Positions 1-11,198 of a stretch of 64,000 nt of DNA are shown here, piece after piece; positions within the stretch are counted from its first letter, which is position 1, and each line of letters begins with the position of its first letter. The position numbers were made by a program, and so were the translations under genes. The stretch comes from Alphaproteobacteria bacterium (GTDB lineage Bacteria > Pseudomonadota > Alphaproteobacteria > Rickettsiales > UBA3002): positions 713,988 to 777,987 of the forward strand of contig JAFLDD010000001.1 of assembly GCA_017302575.1 (NCBI GenBank). Direction: 5' to 3'. The notes beneath the pieces are model-generated. The model had not been told where the DNA came from. It searched no databases and worked only from the letters and a program-made list of their open reading frames with translations.

Positions 1-1
1 T

Positions 2-1207
2 GAGCGCATGGTACAAACGCGCTTAATGCGCACAGCGAGCAGCGAGATGGGCTTAGCAATCGGCGATGCATTGCTTGCCAAGCACACGAAAGAAAACCCA
101 CTATTCCAGAACGTAGATGGCACATTCAATGCCGAAGCGTTCATGATGTACCTCAAGCAAAGCCAACAGAACGAGGCAATGTATCGTAAGCAATCAACTC
201 AAGAACTGAGTGAAGGGCTTTATACTCGCAGCGCCGAGTTGGACCAGCTTCGCATGCCTGAAGCTTACGCGAATCTTCTGACACTTAACCGCATGCAGCG
301 CCGTAGCGCCAAGCTGATTACCATCGCTGCAAATGATACCATCGCGCTGGATGATGCAGAACTCAAAGCGTATTACGAAACACAAAAAGACTCGCTTTAC
401 ATGCAGCCCGAAACACGCAGCATTCAACTGGCGATCATTGATAAGGCCACCATTACCAAACTTACTAAAGGCGATGGCAATGCCTTTGAAGAACTCAGCT
501 ATACGGTGGATGATGCCGTTGCTGCGGGTTCATCACTCAAAGAAGCACTCGATTCAGCAAAACTCACAGCCACCATCAAGACACTCAACGTGAGTGCAGA
601 TGCAGGCAACTCTGAGTTGGAGCGTGAAGTAGTCGCTCAAGCATTTACACTGAATGACGGTGAAGCTTCGAGCCTGTTGAGCAGCAAAGAAGGTGAATAT
701 TTCATGGTGGGCGTGAATAACATTACTCCCGCTACGCCTAAAGCATTCGAAGCCGTTAAGCAGGACGTTATCACCCATTGCCGTGAAGATAAGGGTGCAG
801 AACTCGCCAAAGAAAACGCCTTGGCGCTTAAAAAGAAACTGAATGGCGAAGCGTCACTCGATGCGCAAATCGCTGCTGCGCAAGCGGCAGGCGCAAGCGT
901 GCGTGATACGGGGCTGCTCGCACGCCCAGATGTTTCAGCCAGCAAGGATATTCCCGAAGCACTGCATCATGGCATGTTCGATGCAGATAAAGGTGATGTA
1001 ATCGGACCAGTCGCCCTCGATAAAGGTGGCTACGCGCTGGCCATTGTGTCGGACATCAACATCCCTAGCGATGCAAAAGCGGATGATAAAGCCATCGGCA
1101 CGATGCGCGCGCAACTCAATAGCCAACTCTACCAGTATTGGATGCGCGATGTCATGCAACGCTACCCTGTTAGCCAAGTCGGCGCAATGCCCGAGCAACA
1201 GCAATAA
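2..1207 (+). CDS. PpiD/SurA-like periplasmic chaperone (peptidyl-prolyl isomerase family), 5-prime truncated by the window edge
   Basis: ORF 8..1207. The frame stays open back to nt 2, so the N-terminus lies outside the window. Stop TAA (1205-1207) overlaps the trpE ATG. The product call is weak: it rests on position upstream of trpE and general composition, and no catalytic motif was recognised. Confidence 0.4.
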   Translation, partial: ERMVQTRLMRTASSEMGLAIGDALLAKHTKENPLFQNVDGTFNAEAFMMYLKQSQQNEAMYRKQSTQELSEGLYTRSAELDQLRMPEAYANLLTLNRMQRRSAKLITIAANDTIALDDAELKAYYETQKDSLYMQPETRSIQLAIIDKATITKLTKGDGNAFEELSYTVDDAVAAGSSLKEALDSAKLTATIKTLNVSADAGNSELEREVVAQAFTLNDGEASSLLSSKEGEYFMVGVNNITPATPKAFEAVKQDVITHCREDKGAELAKENALALKKKLNGEASLDAQIAAAQAAGASVRDTGLLARPDVSASKDIPEALHHGMFDADKGDVIGPVALDKGGYALAIVSDINIPSDAKADDKAIGTMRAQLNSQLYQYWMRDVMQRYPVSQVGAMPEQQQ

Positions 1208-2700
1208 TGGCGATTCACCCAACACGTGATGAGTTTGTAGCAACGCATAAGGCGGGCAAGCGCCAAGTCGTCTGGACGAAACTCGTCAGCGATTTGGAGA
1301 CCCCCGTTTCCGCCATGCTGAAATTACAGCACGAGAGCACACAGGCATTCTTGCTCGAATCCGTTGAAGGTGGTGAAACACGTGGGCGTTATTCTATCGT
1401 CGGTATCGACCCTGATTTGATGTGGCGCTGCATGGGCAACAAGCCCGAAGTGTCGCGCACACCACCATTTAATGATGATAGCTTCGAACCTGCGTGGGAC
1501 GACAGCTTAAGCTCGCTGCGCCAGCTCATCCAGTCGCACCGTATGGAGCTGCCAGAGTTCCTGCCGCCCATGGCTGCAGGCGTGATTGGCTATATGGGCT
1601 ATGACATGGTGAAGTTGATGGAGCGCCTGCCCGACTCCAAGCCCGACAATATCAATATTCCGGACGCATGCTTTATTCGCCCGCGCACGATGCTGATTTT
1701 TGACAGCGTGCACGGCGTGGTATTTATCGTCGCGCCGATTTGGGAAACCGATGGCGATGGCAGCGCTCACTATGAAGGCGCAAAAAAACGCATCGAAACC
1801 GTTGTGCGTTTATTGCAAGGGCCTATCGACCAGCGCAATTACTATAAAGACGTGCCCGATACCCAGCCAAACTTCAAAAGTAATCTGACGCTAGATGAGT
1901 ATAAAGGCCTTGTCACCAAGGCGCAGGAATACATTAAAGCGGGTGATATTTTCCAAGTCGTGCTGTCGCAACGTTTCACGGCGGATTTTGATTTGCCGCC
2001 GATTGCTCTCTATCGCGCCCTGCGCCACCTCAACCCTTCGCCATTCCTGTTCTATTTGAATTTCGGCGGCTATGCATTAGTGGGCTCTTCGCCTGAAATT
2101 CTCGTGCGCCTACGCGATAATATCGTGACCATTCGCCCCATTGCAGGCACGCGCCCACGCGGCAAAGACAATGCGCAAGACAAAGCGCTCGCTGAGGAAT
2201 TATTGGCTGATCCAAAAGAACTCGCCGAGCATCTCATGCTGCTCGACCTTGGTCGTAACGACGTAGGCCGCGTGGCAAAGCGCGGTGATGTGCGCGTGAC
2301 CGAGCAAATGATCATCGAGCACTATTCGCATGTCATGCATATCGTGAGCAATGTCGAAGGCGAATTGGCCGACGGGTTGGATGCGCTGAATGCTCTCGCC
2401 GCAGGTTTCCCTGCAGGTACGGTTTCGGGCGCACCCAAAATCCGCGCGATGGAAGTGATCGATGAATTGGAGCCCGAGCGCCGCAGTTTCTATGCAGGTT
2501 GCGTGGGGTATTTCTCGGCGAATGGATCGATGGATACGTGCATCACACTGCGCACAGCGCTGGTAAAAGACGGTAAAGTCTATGCGCAAGCAGGTGGCGG
2601 CATTGTTGCCGATTCTGACCCGAAAGCCGAATATGAAGAGTCGATGAACAAGGCCAAAGCCGTGATGCGCGCTGCGGAACTGGCGAGGAAATTCGCATGA
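1207..2700 (+). CDS. trpE: anthranilate synthase component I
   Basis: 497 aa with chorismate-utilising enzyme motifs [29 protein letters not shown] and GGGIVADS. Its TGA overlaps the trpG ATG (ATGA). Confidence 0.95.
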   Translation: MAIHPTRDEFVATHKAGKRQVVWTKLVSDLETPVSAMLKLQHESTQAFLLESVEGGETRGRYSIVGIDPDLMWRCMGNKPEVSRTPPFNDDSFEPAWDDSLSSLRQLIQSHRMELPEFLPPMAAGVIGYMGYDMVKLMERLPDSKPDNINIPDACFIRPRTMLIFDSVHGVVFIVAPIWETDGDGSAHYEGAKKRIETVVRLLQGPIDQRNYYKDVPDTQPNFKSNLTLDEYKGLVTKAQEYIKAGDIFQVVLSQRFTADFDLPPIALYRALRHLNPSPFLFYLNFGGYALVGSSPEILVRLRDNIVTIRPIAGTRPRGKDNAQDKALAEELLADPKELAEHLMLLDLGRNDVGRVAKRGDVRVTEQMIIEHYSHVMHIVSNVEGELADGLDALNALAAGFPAGTVSGAPKIRAMEVIDELEPERRSFYAGCVGYFSANGSMDTCITLRTALVKDGKVYAQAGGGIVADSDPKAEYEESMNKAKAVMRAAELARKFA

Positions 2701-3269
2701 AAAATATTCTCCTCATCGATAACTATGACAGCTTTACCTATAATCTCGTGCATTATTTGAGTGAGCTGGGCGCGAATGTCGAAGTGGTGCGCAACGACGC
2801 GATGAGCGTGACCGACATCATTGGCAAAAAGCCTCACGGTATCGTGCTTTCGCCAGGCCCATGCACGCCGAATGAAGCGGGCGTGTGCTTAGACCTCATC
2901 AAACAAGCGGCGGGTAAGATTCCGCTATTCGGCGTGTGCCTTGGCCACCAAGCGATTGGGCAAGTATTCGGCGGCAAGGTGATTCGCGCACCGTATGTGA
3001 TGCACGGCAAAACCAGCAAGATGCTGCACACCAACAAAGGCGTGTTCAAAGACATCCCCAATCCATTCATCGCCACGCGCTATCATTCCTTGATTGTGGA
3101 GCGTGATTCACTGCCCGCTGACTTGGAAATAACGGCCGAGACGGAAGATAAGCTGATTATGGGCTTACAGCACAAGACATTGCCGATTCATGGCGTGCAA
3201 TTCCACCCTGAATCCATAGCTTCCGAGCATGGGCATAAACTGCTCAAGAACTTCCTCGACACGCTATGA
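2697..3269 (+). CDS. trpG: anthranilate synthase component II (glutamine amidotransferase)
   Basis: 190 aa class-I GATase with the catalytic Cys in GVCLGHQ and the His/Glu in QFHPES. It lies between trpE and trpD. Confidence 0.93.
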   Translation: MKNILLIDNYDSFTYNLVHYLSELGANVEVVRNDAMSVTDIIGKKPHGIVLSPGPCTPNEAGVCLDLIKQAAGKIPLFGVCLGHQAIGQVFGGKVIRAPYVMHGKTSKMLHTNKGVFKDIPNPFIATRYHSLIVERDSLPADLEITAETEDKLIMGLQHKTLPIHGVQFHPESIASEHGHKLLKNFLDTL

Positions 3270-4213
3270 TTGACGCGCGCCAGTCGATGAAAACTACCAT
3301 CGGCGCGATGCTCGACGGCACGATAGACGCCGCCGAAGCGACTGAGTTTCTGACTTCGCTTGAATTATCGCGCATCATGCCTGAGCAATTGGCTGGTGCA
3401 GTGGATGCAGTGATGGAACGCGCCAACCCCTTCCCCGCTTTTGCAGGTGCAGTCGATTGTTGTGGCACGGGTGGCGACGGCAAACATACGCTGAATGTTT
3501 CAACAGCGACTGCACTGGTCGTTGCGGCATGTGGCGTGAAAGTGGCAAAGCATGGTAACCGTGCTATTTCGTCCAGCAGTGGGTCGGCGGATGTGTTGGC
3601 GGCGCTTGGCGTGAATATCGAGGCTTCCACCAAAACGCTTGTGCGTTGCTTGAATGATGTTGGCATTGCGTTTTTGTTCGCACCGAATTTTCACCCGGGA
3701 TTTGCGCGCGTGGCACCGTTGCGCAAGGCCATTGGCACACGCACGATTTTCAATTTACTGGGGCCACTATGTAACCCTGCGCATGTGAATCGCCAGCTTA
3801 TTGGCGTGTTTGATAAGGCGTTGATTCCTACCTTTGCGGCAGCGTGCCAGTTACTTGGCCGCGAGAATGTTACCATTGTTCATGGTGAAGACGGGGTGGA
3901 TGAATGCTCCATCAGCGCACCGACACTTACCAATACTCACACCATCACCCCGCTCGATGCAGGTTTGCAGTACCACGCGCCCGATGCATTGACGGGTGGC
4001 GACGCAGTGCATAACGCCTCTGCATTCACTGCGCTTCTCGAAGGTGCTGCGGGAGCTTATAGAGACGCGGTATTGCTCAATAGCGCGGCGCTGTTGATGG
4101 TAGCAGATATTGCGGATGATTTGAGAAGCGCCGCCAGCCTTGCTGCGGAAGCCATTGATTCTGGCCGCGCAATGGCGATACTGGAGCGACTGAAGAAGGT
4201 AAGCCATGAGTAA
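3266..4213 (+). CDS. trpD: anthranilate phosphoribosyltransferase
   Basis: 315 aa with motifs [22 protein letters not shown] and [13 protein letters not shown] overlap with trpG. Confidence 0.93.
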   Translation: MIDARQSMKTTIGAMLDGTIDAAEATEFLTSLELSRIMPEQLAGAVDAVMERANPFPAFAGAVDCCGTGGDGKHTLNVSTATALVVAACGVKVAKHGNRAISSSSGSADVLAALGVNIEASTKTLVRCLNDVGIAFLFAPNFHPGFARVAPLRKAIGTRTIFNLLGPLCNPAHVNRQLIGVFDKALIPTFAAACQLLGRENVTIVHGEDGVDECSISAPTLTNTHTITPLDAGLQYHAPDALTGGDAVHNASAFTALLEGAAGAYRDAVLLNSAALLMVADIADDLRSAASLAAEAIDSGRAMAILERLKKVSHE

Positions 4214-4994
4214 GCTGCAAGAAATTTGCGATGTAAAGCGCGAGCATGTTGCCAAGCATAAGGCCATTACGCCGCTAAGCGTTTTAGAAGATTTGGCCAA
4301 ACAGCAATCGGCTACGCGCGGGTTTCATGCGGCGATTCAAAAGAAAATTGCTAATGGCAGCGTCGCCCTGATTGCGGAAATCAAAAAAGCGTCGCCCAGC
4401 AAAGGGGTGATTCGTGAAGATTTCAACCCACCTGAGCTGGCGAATTTCTATGAACTTGGTGGCGCGACCTGCCTTTCCGTACTTACGGATGAGCCGTATT
4501 TTCAAGGGCGTGACGAGTACCTCAAAGAAGCGCGTGAAGTGGTGAATCTTCCTGTATTGCGCAAAGATTTCATGATCGACCCGTACCAAATCACCGAATC
4601 ACGCGCTCTAGGTGCGGATTGCATTTTGCTGATTATGGCCGCCCTTTCGGACGCGCAGGCGCAAGAATTGGAAGACGCGGCGATAAAGCTGAAAATGGAC
4701 GTGCTGGTCGAAGTACATGACGAGGAAGAGCTGCACCGCGCGCTAAAGCTAAAGTCGAAGCTGCTGGGGGTCAATAACCGCTCACTCAAGACATTGCAGG
4801 TTGATATTGCGACATCACTCACGTTGCGCCCGTTGATTCCTGAGGGTTATACGCCCGTATGCGAAAGCGGCATTTTCACACGCGACGATATTGCCAAGAT
4901 GCGCGCGGCGGACATTCATTGCTTCCTGATTGGCGAATCGCTGATGCGACAAGCTGATGTATTGGCTGCCACACACCACTTATTGGAGGGATAG
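4206..4994 (+). CDS. trpC: indole-3-glycerol phosphate synthase
   Basis: 262 aa with motifs [29 protein letters not shown] and ESGI. It overlaps the trpD end. Confidence 0.93.
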   Translation: MSKLQEICDVKREHVAKHKAITPLSVLEDLAKQQSATRGFHAAIQKKIANGSVALIAEIKKASPSKGVIREDFNPPELANFYELGGATCLSVLTDEPYFQGRDEYLKEAREVVNLPVLRKDFMIDPYQITESRALGADCILLIMAALSDAQAQELEDAAIKLKMDVLVEVHDEEELHRALKLKSKLLGVNNRSLKTLQVDIATSLTLRPLIPEGYTPVCESGIFTRDDIAKMRAADIHCFLIGESLMRQADVLAATHHLLEG

Positions 4995-5726
4995 ATGCTA
5001 GGCCAACTCGCTGAATATCACACGGTGATCAATGGCCAGCCAATCTTATGGCTGGATATTGCCGCAGCCCTATTCTTTTTCTGTGCGTGGTTCGGATATT
5101 CCGATTACGCAGACAGGCAATATCACAGACGCACCAACCTCATGCGCACTATGGACGATATGCGTAAAAAGTGGATGCAGGAAATGCTGCTGCGTGAAAA
5201 CCGCGTGATGGATGCAACGCTGATAGGCAATCTATTGCGCTCGATTGCATTCTTTGCATCGACCACCATTCTGATTCTGGTGGGTATTATTACCGTGCTT
5301 GGCACACATAATGAAGAAGGTCTGCAACTGATTCGAGCGATTCCTTTTACCGTGGGCTCTACAGCCTTCATGTGGGAGGCAAAGCTTCTCTTGCTTGGCA
5401 TTATTTTCGTATATGCGTTTTTCAAACTCACATGGTCGCTGCGCCAATATAACTATACCTGTATTCTGGTAGGCGCGACACCGCACCCAAATCATATTCG
5501 TAATGAGCATAAGGAATATGCACTGCGCGTGGGTGATTTGATTGCCAATGCGGGCCGCCATTTCAACATGGGGCTGCGCGCCTATTATTTTGGCGTAGCA
5601 ACCGTTGCGTGGTTCATTAATGGTGCATTCTTCATCGTGATGACAACGTTGGTGGTTTACGAGCTATTTCGTCGCGAGTTTCGCTCGCACGCGGTGGCAA
5701 CCCTTGACGGGGTTGAGGGCATTTAA
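4995..5726 (+). CDS. DUF599-like integral membrane protein
   Basis: 243 aa with about 4-5 hydrophobic helices. The N-terminal pattern (W..Y......R..LM..M...R..W) resembles DUF599. It starts directly after the trpC stop. Confidence 0.5.
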   Translation: MLGQLAEYHTVINGQPILWLDIAAALFFFCAWFGYSDYADRQYHRRTNLMRTMDDMRKKWMQEMLLRENRVMDATLIGNLLRSIAFFASTTILILVGIITVLGTHNEEGLQLIRAIPFTVGSTAFMWEAKLLLLGIIFVYAFFKLTWSLRQYNYTCILVGATPHPNHIRNEHKEYALRVGDLIANAGRHFNMGLRAYYFGVATVAWFINGAFFIVMTTLVVYELFRREFRSHAVATLDGVEGI

Positions 5727-5730
5727 CCCG

Positions 5731-7734
5731 CTAGTCACTCCATGGGCGATTGCCCTGCCAGTCGCGGCTGGTTTCGATGCGCAATTCATCGCCTAGCCAA
5801 ATACCGATTGTGCCATTCATTTTATAGGTTTCGATAATGCGCGTGTCATTCAGGCACTTGGCACCGTACTTCATAAAAATGACGTCCGACGCGTTACAAT
5901 CGTTGAGCAGCGCTAAATCGCTATAAGGCAGCGCAATACGCTCGAACGCTACGCAGCCAAGTTTGTCGCAACGCCAATCAGGTGCTAATTTCGGCGTATA
6001 GGGCAGTGTTTGGCCAGTAGCTGTTCCATTCGCCCATAATTCTGGCACGAGTGATTCTGCGCGCCCACGCACAAGGTGATAAGCGCCCTCGCTTCGTAGC
6101 GCGATCTGGTTAAGGCCGCTTGCAATCAGCATATCAGGCAAACGCACGGTACTAATACTGGCAATGCCAAGCACCATAACGATGATGCCCGTATAGCGCA
6201 TGCGCGTGGAGAGTATGCAAAGCCACGCTAAGCCGAATGCAAAAAGTGCTGCACCCCAATTGGGAATCGCCTTAATGAATATTAGTGCATGCGGCAGCTC
6301 AGATACATTTGCAGCGACGCGTAGCATCGCTTCGATTCCCACCCACATGACATGCAGGGCGATGGATTCAAGCCCGATAGGTAGTAGCAAGAAATAAAGC
6401 GCCACCATTGGCATGATGATGATAGCGACTACTGGGCTTAATATAGTATTCGCCAGTACACCATACGGCGAGAGAGTATTGAATTGGTGAATCACCAATG
6501 GCGCAGTCGATGCTTCAGCCACGACACTTACCATCAGCAGCCAACCAAGATATTTAAGCGGTGTGCGCCACGTAGTTTGCTCCGCAAGGTCGCGTGAAAA
6601 GACAAAGGCGATAATCGCCATCGTTGCGGCGAAGCTGAGTTGGAAGCCAGGCTCCAACAAATCGGACGGGTCGATTATCAGCATGAGTACGGCCGCCAGA
6701 ATCAACGAACGCATGGGCTGCACGTTGCGAGCTAGCATGACAGCGCCTAGCACGAACGCCATCATGATATAAGCACGCGTGGCAGAGAGCATCATACCCG
6801 TAATCAGTAGGTACGCAGTAAGTGCAATCAACGTGAAGGCTGCTGCGATTTGTTTGGCAATCGGGCGTTGACCGAATGTTGGGATTGCTAGAAACAGCAA
6901 CCGAAGGCCAATAAATGCAATCCCTGAAATCACCACCATATGCGCGCCTGAAATGGCAATCACGTGCAAGAGGTTTGCGGCCCATAGCTGGTCGTGCACT
7001 TCTGGTGGAATCGCCGCATCCTCACCTGTAATCAACCCTGCCGCAATACCATTATGCGGTGATGGTAAGGTGTGCATGATATTTTGCGTCAGCGCATGGC
7101 GCCAGCGCGCCCACATGGCACTCCACCCCTCACCGTCAGTCGCATGCTTGGTAACGGTGATCGGGTTCAGCCCGTAGCCCACTGCACCAATGTCGCGGAA
7201 AAAGAAATAGCGGGCAAAGTCGAAGCTGTGCGGCATAGCGGGGCCCATGGGTGGCAACATGCCTGCATTCAGTTTCACACCGTCACCTATCATGAGTTCA
7301 GGCAACTCACCACGCATCGCAACACGAATACGGCGCGGGGTTTGTTCGGGATTAAATCCTGCAATCGTGACCTGCGATAAAGTGATCCGTATGCCTTTAG
7401 CGGTGGGCTCAATCTCATCAATCACCCCTGTTACGGGGCGCGGCGTAATCGCGCGCTCCAACATGCGATGTTCGATATGCGCTGTATAAAATGTCGCCCA
7501 TGACAACCCGATCATCAGCAGTAAAAAGGCATAGCTTGCGCTTCGCAGGCGCTTGGTGAAAAACCAAGCGATGGCTGCTACTAACAAGAAATAAGGCGCA
7601 TAGTCAGGCTCACTGGGCAGCGCGAAATAGAGCGCTATCCCCGCGATGAACCATAAAGGCGTGAGTAGCCCTCGCCCCTCATCGGCACGCCAATCCATAA
7701 GTATCTGGGCCAGTAACTCCTTGCGCGTAAGCAT
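5731..7734 (-). CDS. comEC: ComEC/Rec2-family DNA internalisation channel protein (no obvious C-terminal metallo-beta-lactamase domain)
   Basis: 667 aa polytopic membrane protein with the competence-domain signature LLHVIAISGAHMVV and many TM helices. Confidence 0.7.
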   Translation of the reverse strand: MLTRKELLAQILMDWRADEGRGLLTPLWFIAGIALYFALPSEPDYAPYFLLVAAIAWFFTKRLRSASYAFLLLMIGLSWATFYTAHIEHRMLERAITPRPVTGVIDEIEPTAKGIRITLSQVTIAGFNPEQTPRRIRVAMRGELPELMIGDGVKLNAGMLPPMGPAMPHSFDFARYFFFRDIGAVGYGLNPITVTKHATDGEGWSAMWARWRHALTQNIMHTLPSPHNGIAAGLITGEDAAIPPEVHDQLWAANLLHVIAISGAHMVVISGIAFIGLRLLFLAIPTFGQRPIAKQIAAAFTLIALTAYLLITGMMLSATRAYIMMAFVLGAVMLARNVQPMRSLILAAVLMLIIDPSDLLEPGFQLSFAATMAIIAFVFSRDLAEQTTWRTPLKYLGWLLMVSVVAEASTAPLVIHQFNTLSPYGVLANTILSPVVAIIIMPMVALYFLLLPIGLESIALHVMWVGIEAMLRVAANVSELPHALIFIKAIPNWGAALFAFGLAWLCILSTRMRYTGIIVMVLGIASISTVRLPDMLIASGLNQIALRSEGAYHLVRGRAESLVPELWANGTATGQTLPYTPKLAPDWRCDKLGCVAFERIALPYSDLALLNDCNASDVIFMKYGAKCLNDTRIIETYKMNGTIGIWLGDELRIETSRDWQGNRPWSD

Positions 7735-7757
7735 AGCTTTTGTTACCAGTCGCGGCC

Positions 7758-9101
7758 ATGACAGTCATTACCAGATTTGCCCCCTCGCCTACTGGCTACC
7801 TCCATATTGGCGGTGCACGGACAGCGTTATTCAACTACTTGTTCGCCCGCCACCACGGCGGCCAGTTCAAGCTGCGCATTGAGGATACGGATGTTGCACG
7901 CTCGACCGATGCGGCAAAACAAGCACTCATCGAAGGGTTGGACTGGATGGGCGTGCGTTGGGACGGTGAGATTGTGTATCAGCTTGCACGCGCAGCGCGT
8001 CACCGCGAAGTGGCCGAAGAACTTGTGAAAAATGGCGCGGCCTATTATTGCTACACCACGCCTGAAGAACTGGCAGAGCAACGCGCCGCCGCCGAAGCCA
8101 AAGGCGAGATTTTCAAATATGACCGCAAGTGGAGAGACCGCACAGACAGCGTTGCAGGCGTAAAGCCAAGCGTTCGTATTAAAGCACCACTGACGGGTGA
8201 AGTAATTGTGAAGGATTTAGTGCAAGGTGATGTGACCTTCGGTGCCGATGTGCTCGATGATTTTGTGATTTTGCGTTCCGACGGCACGCCCACCTATATG
8301 CACGCCGTGGTCGTGGATGATCATGATATGGGCATCACCCACATTATACGTGGTGACGACCATTTGAATAACGCTGGCCGCCAGATGGTGATTTATCAAG
8401 CCATGGGTTGGGACGTTCCGGCATGGGCGCATATTCCACTCATTCATGGGCCAGACGGCGCGAAGCTTTCAAAACGTCACGGCGCAACAGCCATTGGTGA
8501 TTATGCGGGCATGGGGTATTTGCCCGAGGCCATGCGCAATTACCTGCTGCGCTTGGGTTGGAGCCATGGTGACGACGAAATCATTTCCGACACGCAAGCT
8601 ATCGAATGGTTCAATATTGAAGGCATTGGCCAGTCGCCATCGCGCCTTGATTTTGCGAAACTCAACCATGTGAATGCACATTATATGCGTGCGAAGTCTG
8701 GCGCTGAATTAGCGCAGCTTGTGGGCATGGAAGCGCAGTGGGCAGCAGCACTCGACAGCGTAAAATCCAAAGCCAGCACGCTAACTGAACTCAATGATGC
8801 TATGAAATTCTACCTCGAACGCCCAACGAGCTATGACGATAAGGCAAAAGCAACCCTTGAAAAAGGCAAAGCGAACTTACCCATGATGATTGGCGCGCTC
8901 GAAGCACTGGGAGACTGGAATGCCGCAGCTATCAAGGCTGCTATTACCGCCGTGGCTGAGGCAAATGGCAAGAAATTAGGCGAGGTTATGCCGCCTATGC
9001 GTGCTGCCATTGTTGGAGCCATGAGCGGCCCCGATATCCCTGATGCGATTGCCATTTTAGGTAAAACCGAAGCCTTAACACGCCTGAAAGCGGCGCTGTA
9101 G
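7758..9101 (+). CDS. gltX: glutamate--tRNA ligase
   Basis: Class I aaRS motifs are present: PSPTGYLHIGG (HIGH) and KLSKRHG (KMSKS). The track ORF starts at TTG 7740. I prefer ATG 7758 (MTVITRFAPSPTG). Confidence 0.92.
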   Translation: MTVITRFAPSPTGYLHIGGARTALFNYLFARHHGGQFKLRIEDTDVARSTDAAKQALIEGLDWMGVRWDGEIVYQLARAARHREVAEELVKNGAAYYCYTTPEELAEQRAAAEAKGEIFKYDRKWRDRTDSVAGVKPSVRIKAPLTGEVIVKDLVQGDVTFGADVLDDFVILRSDGTPTYMHAVVVDDHDMGITHIIRGDDHLNNAGRQMVIYQAMGWDVPAWAHIPLIHGPDGAKLSKRHGATAIGDYAGMGYLPEAMRNYLLRLGWSHGDDEIISDTQAIEWFNIEGIGQSPSRLDFAKLNHVNAHYMRAKSGAELAQLVGMEAQWAAALDSVKSKASTLTELNDAMKFYLERPTSYDDKAKATLEKGKANLPMMIGALEALGDWNAAAIKAAITAVAEANGKKLGEVMPPMRAAIVGAMSGPDIPDAIAILGKTEALTRLKAAL

Positions 9102-9137
9102 CTTGCATTTATTGTATTTTGAGCATACATAGCCCTC

Positions 9138-9692
9138 ATGACCATCATGCCACTCGTTATCGAGCCTGACCCGCGCTTGCATATTCCTTCCGTGAATGTG
9201 CCAACGGTGGATGATGGCGTGCGCGCATTTGTCAAAGACATGTTCGAGACCATGTATGCAAATGACGGGCTTGGTTTGGCTGCGGTGCAAGTCGGCGTGC
9301 ATAAAAAAATTATCGTGATTGATGTGGCGCAGCGCGAAGGTGGCAATGACCCGCGCGTGTTCATCAATGCCGAGATTGTGGCGAAGGATGAAACGCCGCG
9401 TAAATTTCTTGAAGGCTGTTTGTCGTTCCCTGATCAGTTCGCTGAAGTGGAGCGGCCTGATACAGTGCGCGTGCGTTACCTTGATGAGAAAGGCGTACAG
9501 CATGAAATCGATGCGGATGGGTTACTCGCCACCTGCTTGCAGCACGAGATCGACCACACGAATGGCATTGTTTTCACCGATCACCTGTCGAAACTAAAGC
9601 GCGAGATGATTGTGAAGAAACTCACCAAGCTCAAGAAGCTTGGCATGATTAGCGATATGCCTCATCCGAAAGAGGATAACGCTGCTTTATAG
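9138..9692 (+). CDS. def: peptide deformylase
   Basis: 184 aa with all three PDF motifs: GLAAVQVG, EGCLSFP and QHEIDHTNG. Confidence 0.95.
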   Translation: MTIMPLVIEPDPRLHIPSVNVPTVDDGVRAFVKDMFETMYANDGLGLAAVQVGVHKKIIVIDVAQREGGNDPRVFINAEIVAKDETPRKFLEGCLSFPDQFAEVERPDTVRVRYLDEKGVQHEIDADGLLATCLQHEIDHTNGIVFTDHLSKLKREMIVKKLTKLKKLGMISDMPHPKEDNAAL

Positions 9693-9728
9693 CGTGACAA
9701 TTATTTTTCTCGGCGCTAACGTCTGGTC

Positions 9729-10124
9729 ATGCGCTTCATTTTACCACTCTTGCTGATTGCATCTTCTGCCGTTGCACAAACGGCGGACCCTGCTGCCAAT
9801 TTTCCGAAAGAGGCCATTACGAATGTTCAGCAACCTGGTGCGCCAAAAGTTCCGGATTCGCCACCGGCACCTGCGTCACCTGCCCAACCCGCTGCGCCTG
9901 ACGCATGGCCTGCGAACACTGTTCCCGTATTCCTGATTTCATGTACGCAAGGTAATACCCAGCTTATCGCGCCATGCCGTTGCGTTATCACCAACCTCAT
10001 GCAGTCAATGACGCATCGCGAATTCCTCGAAATTTCGGCGAAGAATGCGATTGAGAAAGACATTCGTTATACCAGCGCCCGCCAACAATGCGCGATGAAG
10101 TCGCAGGCGCAGAAGCAAAAATAA
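9729..10124 (+). CDS. small secreted Pro/Ala-rich, Cys-containing protein (hypothetical)
   Basis: 131 aa. It has a signal-peptide-like N-terminus (MRFILPLLLIASSAVAQ), a P/A-rich linker and a C-terminal domain with 4 Cys. Stop TAA overlaps the fmt ATG (TAATG at 10122-10126). Confidence 0.55.
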   Translation: MRFILPLLLIASSAVAQTADPAANFPKEAITNVQQPGAPKVPDSPPAPASPAQPAAPDAWPANTVPVFLISCTQGNTQLIAPCRCVITNLMQSMTHREFLEISAKNAIEKDIRYTSARQQCAMKSQAQKQK

Positions 10125-11053
10125 TGACCGCACGTCGCGTAGTTTTTATGGGCACACCGCAGTTTGCAGTGCCGACATTGCAGTCGCTCATCGCGTCTGA
10201 ACATCAGGTAGTTGCTGTTTATTCGCAGCCGCCGCGCCCTGCTGGTCGTGGGCAGAAGCTGACTAAGTCACCTATTCAGCAATTGGCAGAACAGCACGCT
10301 ATACCCGTCTTTACACCTACGAGCTTAAAGTCAGCCGAAGAGCAATCAGCGTTTGCCGCGCATCATGCGGATGTTGCCGTGGTCGCCGCATATGGTTTGT
10401 TGTTACCGCAAGCGGTTTTGGATGCGCCTAAGCATGGCTGCATCAACATTCACCCCTCAGCATTACCACGTTGGCGTGGCGCCGCGCCGATTCAGCGCAC
10501 CATCATGGCAGGCGATACTACCACTGACTGCTGTATCATGCAGATGGAAGCAGGGCTGGATACTGGCGCAGTACTCGCGCGCGAGGCATTTGCGATTCCC
10601 GATCATTTCAATGCAAGTGATTTGCATGACACTATGGCAAGCACGGGCGCACGCATGACTATCGATGTGTTGGCGAAGCTTTCATCGCTCACGCCAACCA
10701 TACAATCTGGCGATGGCGTGACATACGCGCATAAAATTACCAAAGAAGATCAGAAAATCGATTGGTCAAAACCTGCACAGGAAATTCGTAACCAGATTCG
10801 TGGGCTATATCCATCACCTGTGGCAACGACAACCATCCATGGTGAAGTCGTGAAAATTTTTAGCGCTAAGGTTGAGCCATATAATGGTTCAGCTAAACCC
10901 ACGGGCATCGTGCTCGATGATGCCTTACTGGTTCAATGTGGGGGCGGCTCAGCCCTTAGAATCCTTGAGTTACAGCGCCCCAATAAGATACGAATGGCGG
11001 CATCGGATGTCTTAAAATCCTTTATAGTTCAAAAAGATAACCAGTTAGGTTAA
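10124..11053 (+). CDS. fmt: methionyl-tRNA formyltransferase
   Basis: Motifs VVFMGTPQFAV and NIHPSALPRWRGAAPIQ. The track ORF starts at 10088, but the conserved N-terminus begins at ATG 10124. Confidence 0.92.
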   Translation: MTARRVVFMGTPQFAVPTLQSLIASEHQVVAVYSQPPRPAGRGQKLTKSPIQQLAEQHAIPVFTPTSLKSAEEQSAFAAHHADVAVVAAYGLLLPQAVLDAPKHGCINIHPSALPRWRGAAPIQRTIMAGDTTTDCCIMQMEAGLDTGAVLAREAFAIPDHFNASDLHDTMASTGARMTIDVLAKLSSLTPTIQSGDGVTYAHKITKEDQKIDWSKPAQEIRNQIRGLYPSPVATTTIHGEVVKIFSAKVEPYNGSAKPTGIVLDDALLVQCGGGSALRILELQRPNKIRMAASDVLKSFIVQKDNQLG

Positions 11054-11198
11054 CCTGCTTGCTGAAGCCCCCTATCCACACGCCCCGCAAAAGCGGTTGG
11101 AACTGCCTATTTTTTGTGCTACTTTCCCCATCTAATTATAAAAACACGTAATAACAGCTCGGTAAGGCAACAACATGTTAATGCAATGGCAAGTACCT

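Noticed and set aside
10088-10123. Upstream in-frame extension of fmt (MRDEVAGAEAKI...) given in the ORF track
   Set aside because: The conserved Fmt N-terminus (VVFMGTP) begins right after ATG 10124. The extension would overlap the 3-prime end of the preceding ORF by 37 nt. The TAATG junction fits coupled translation better.
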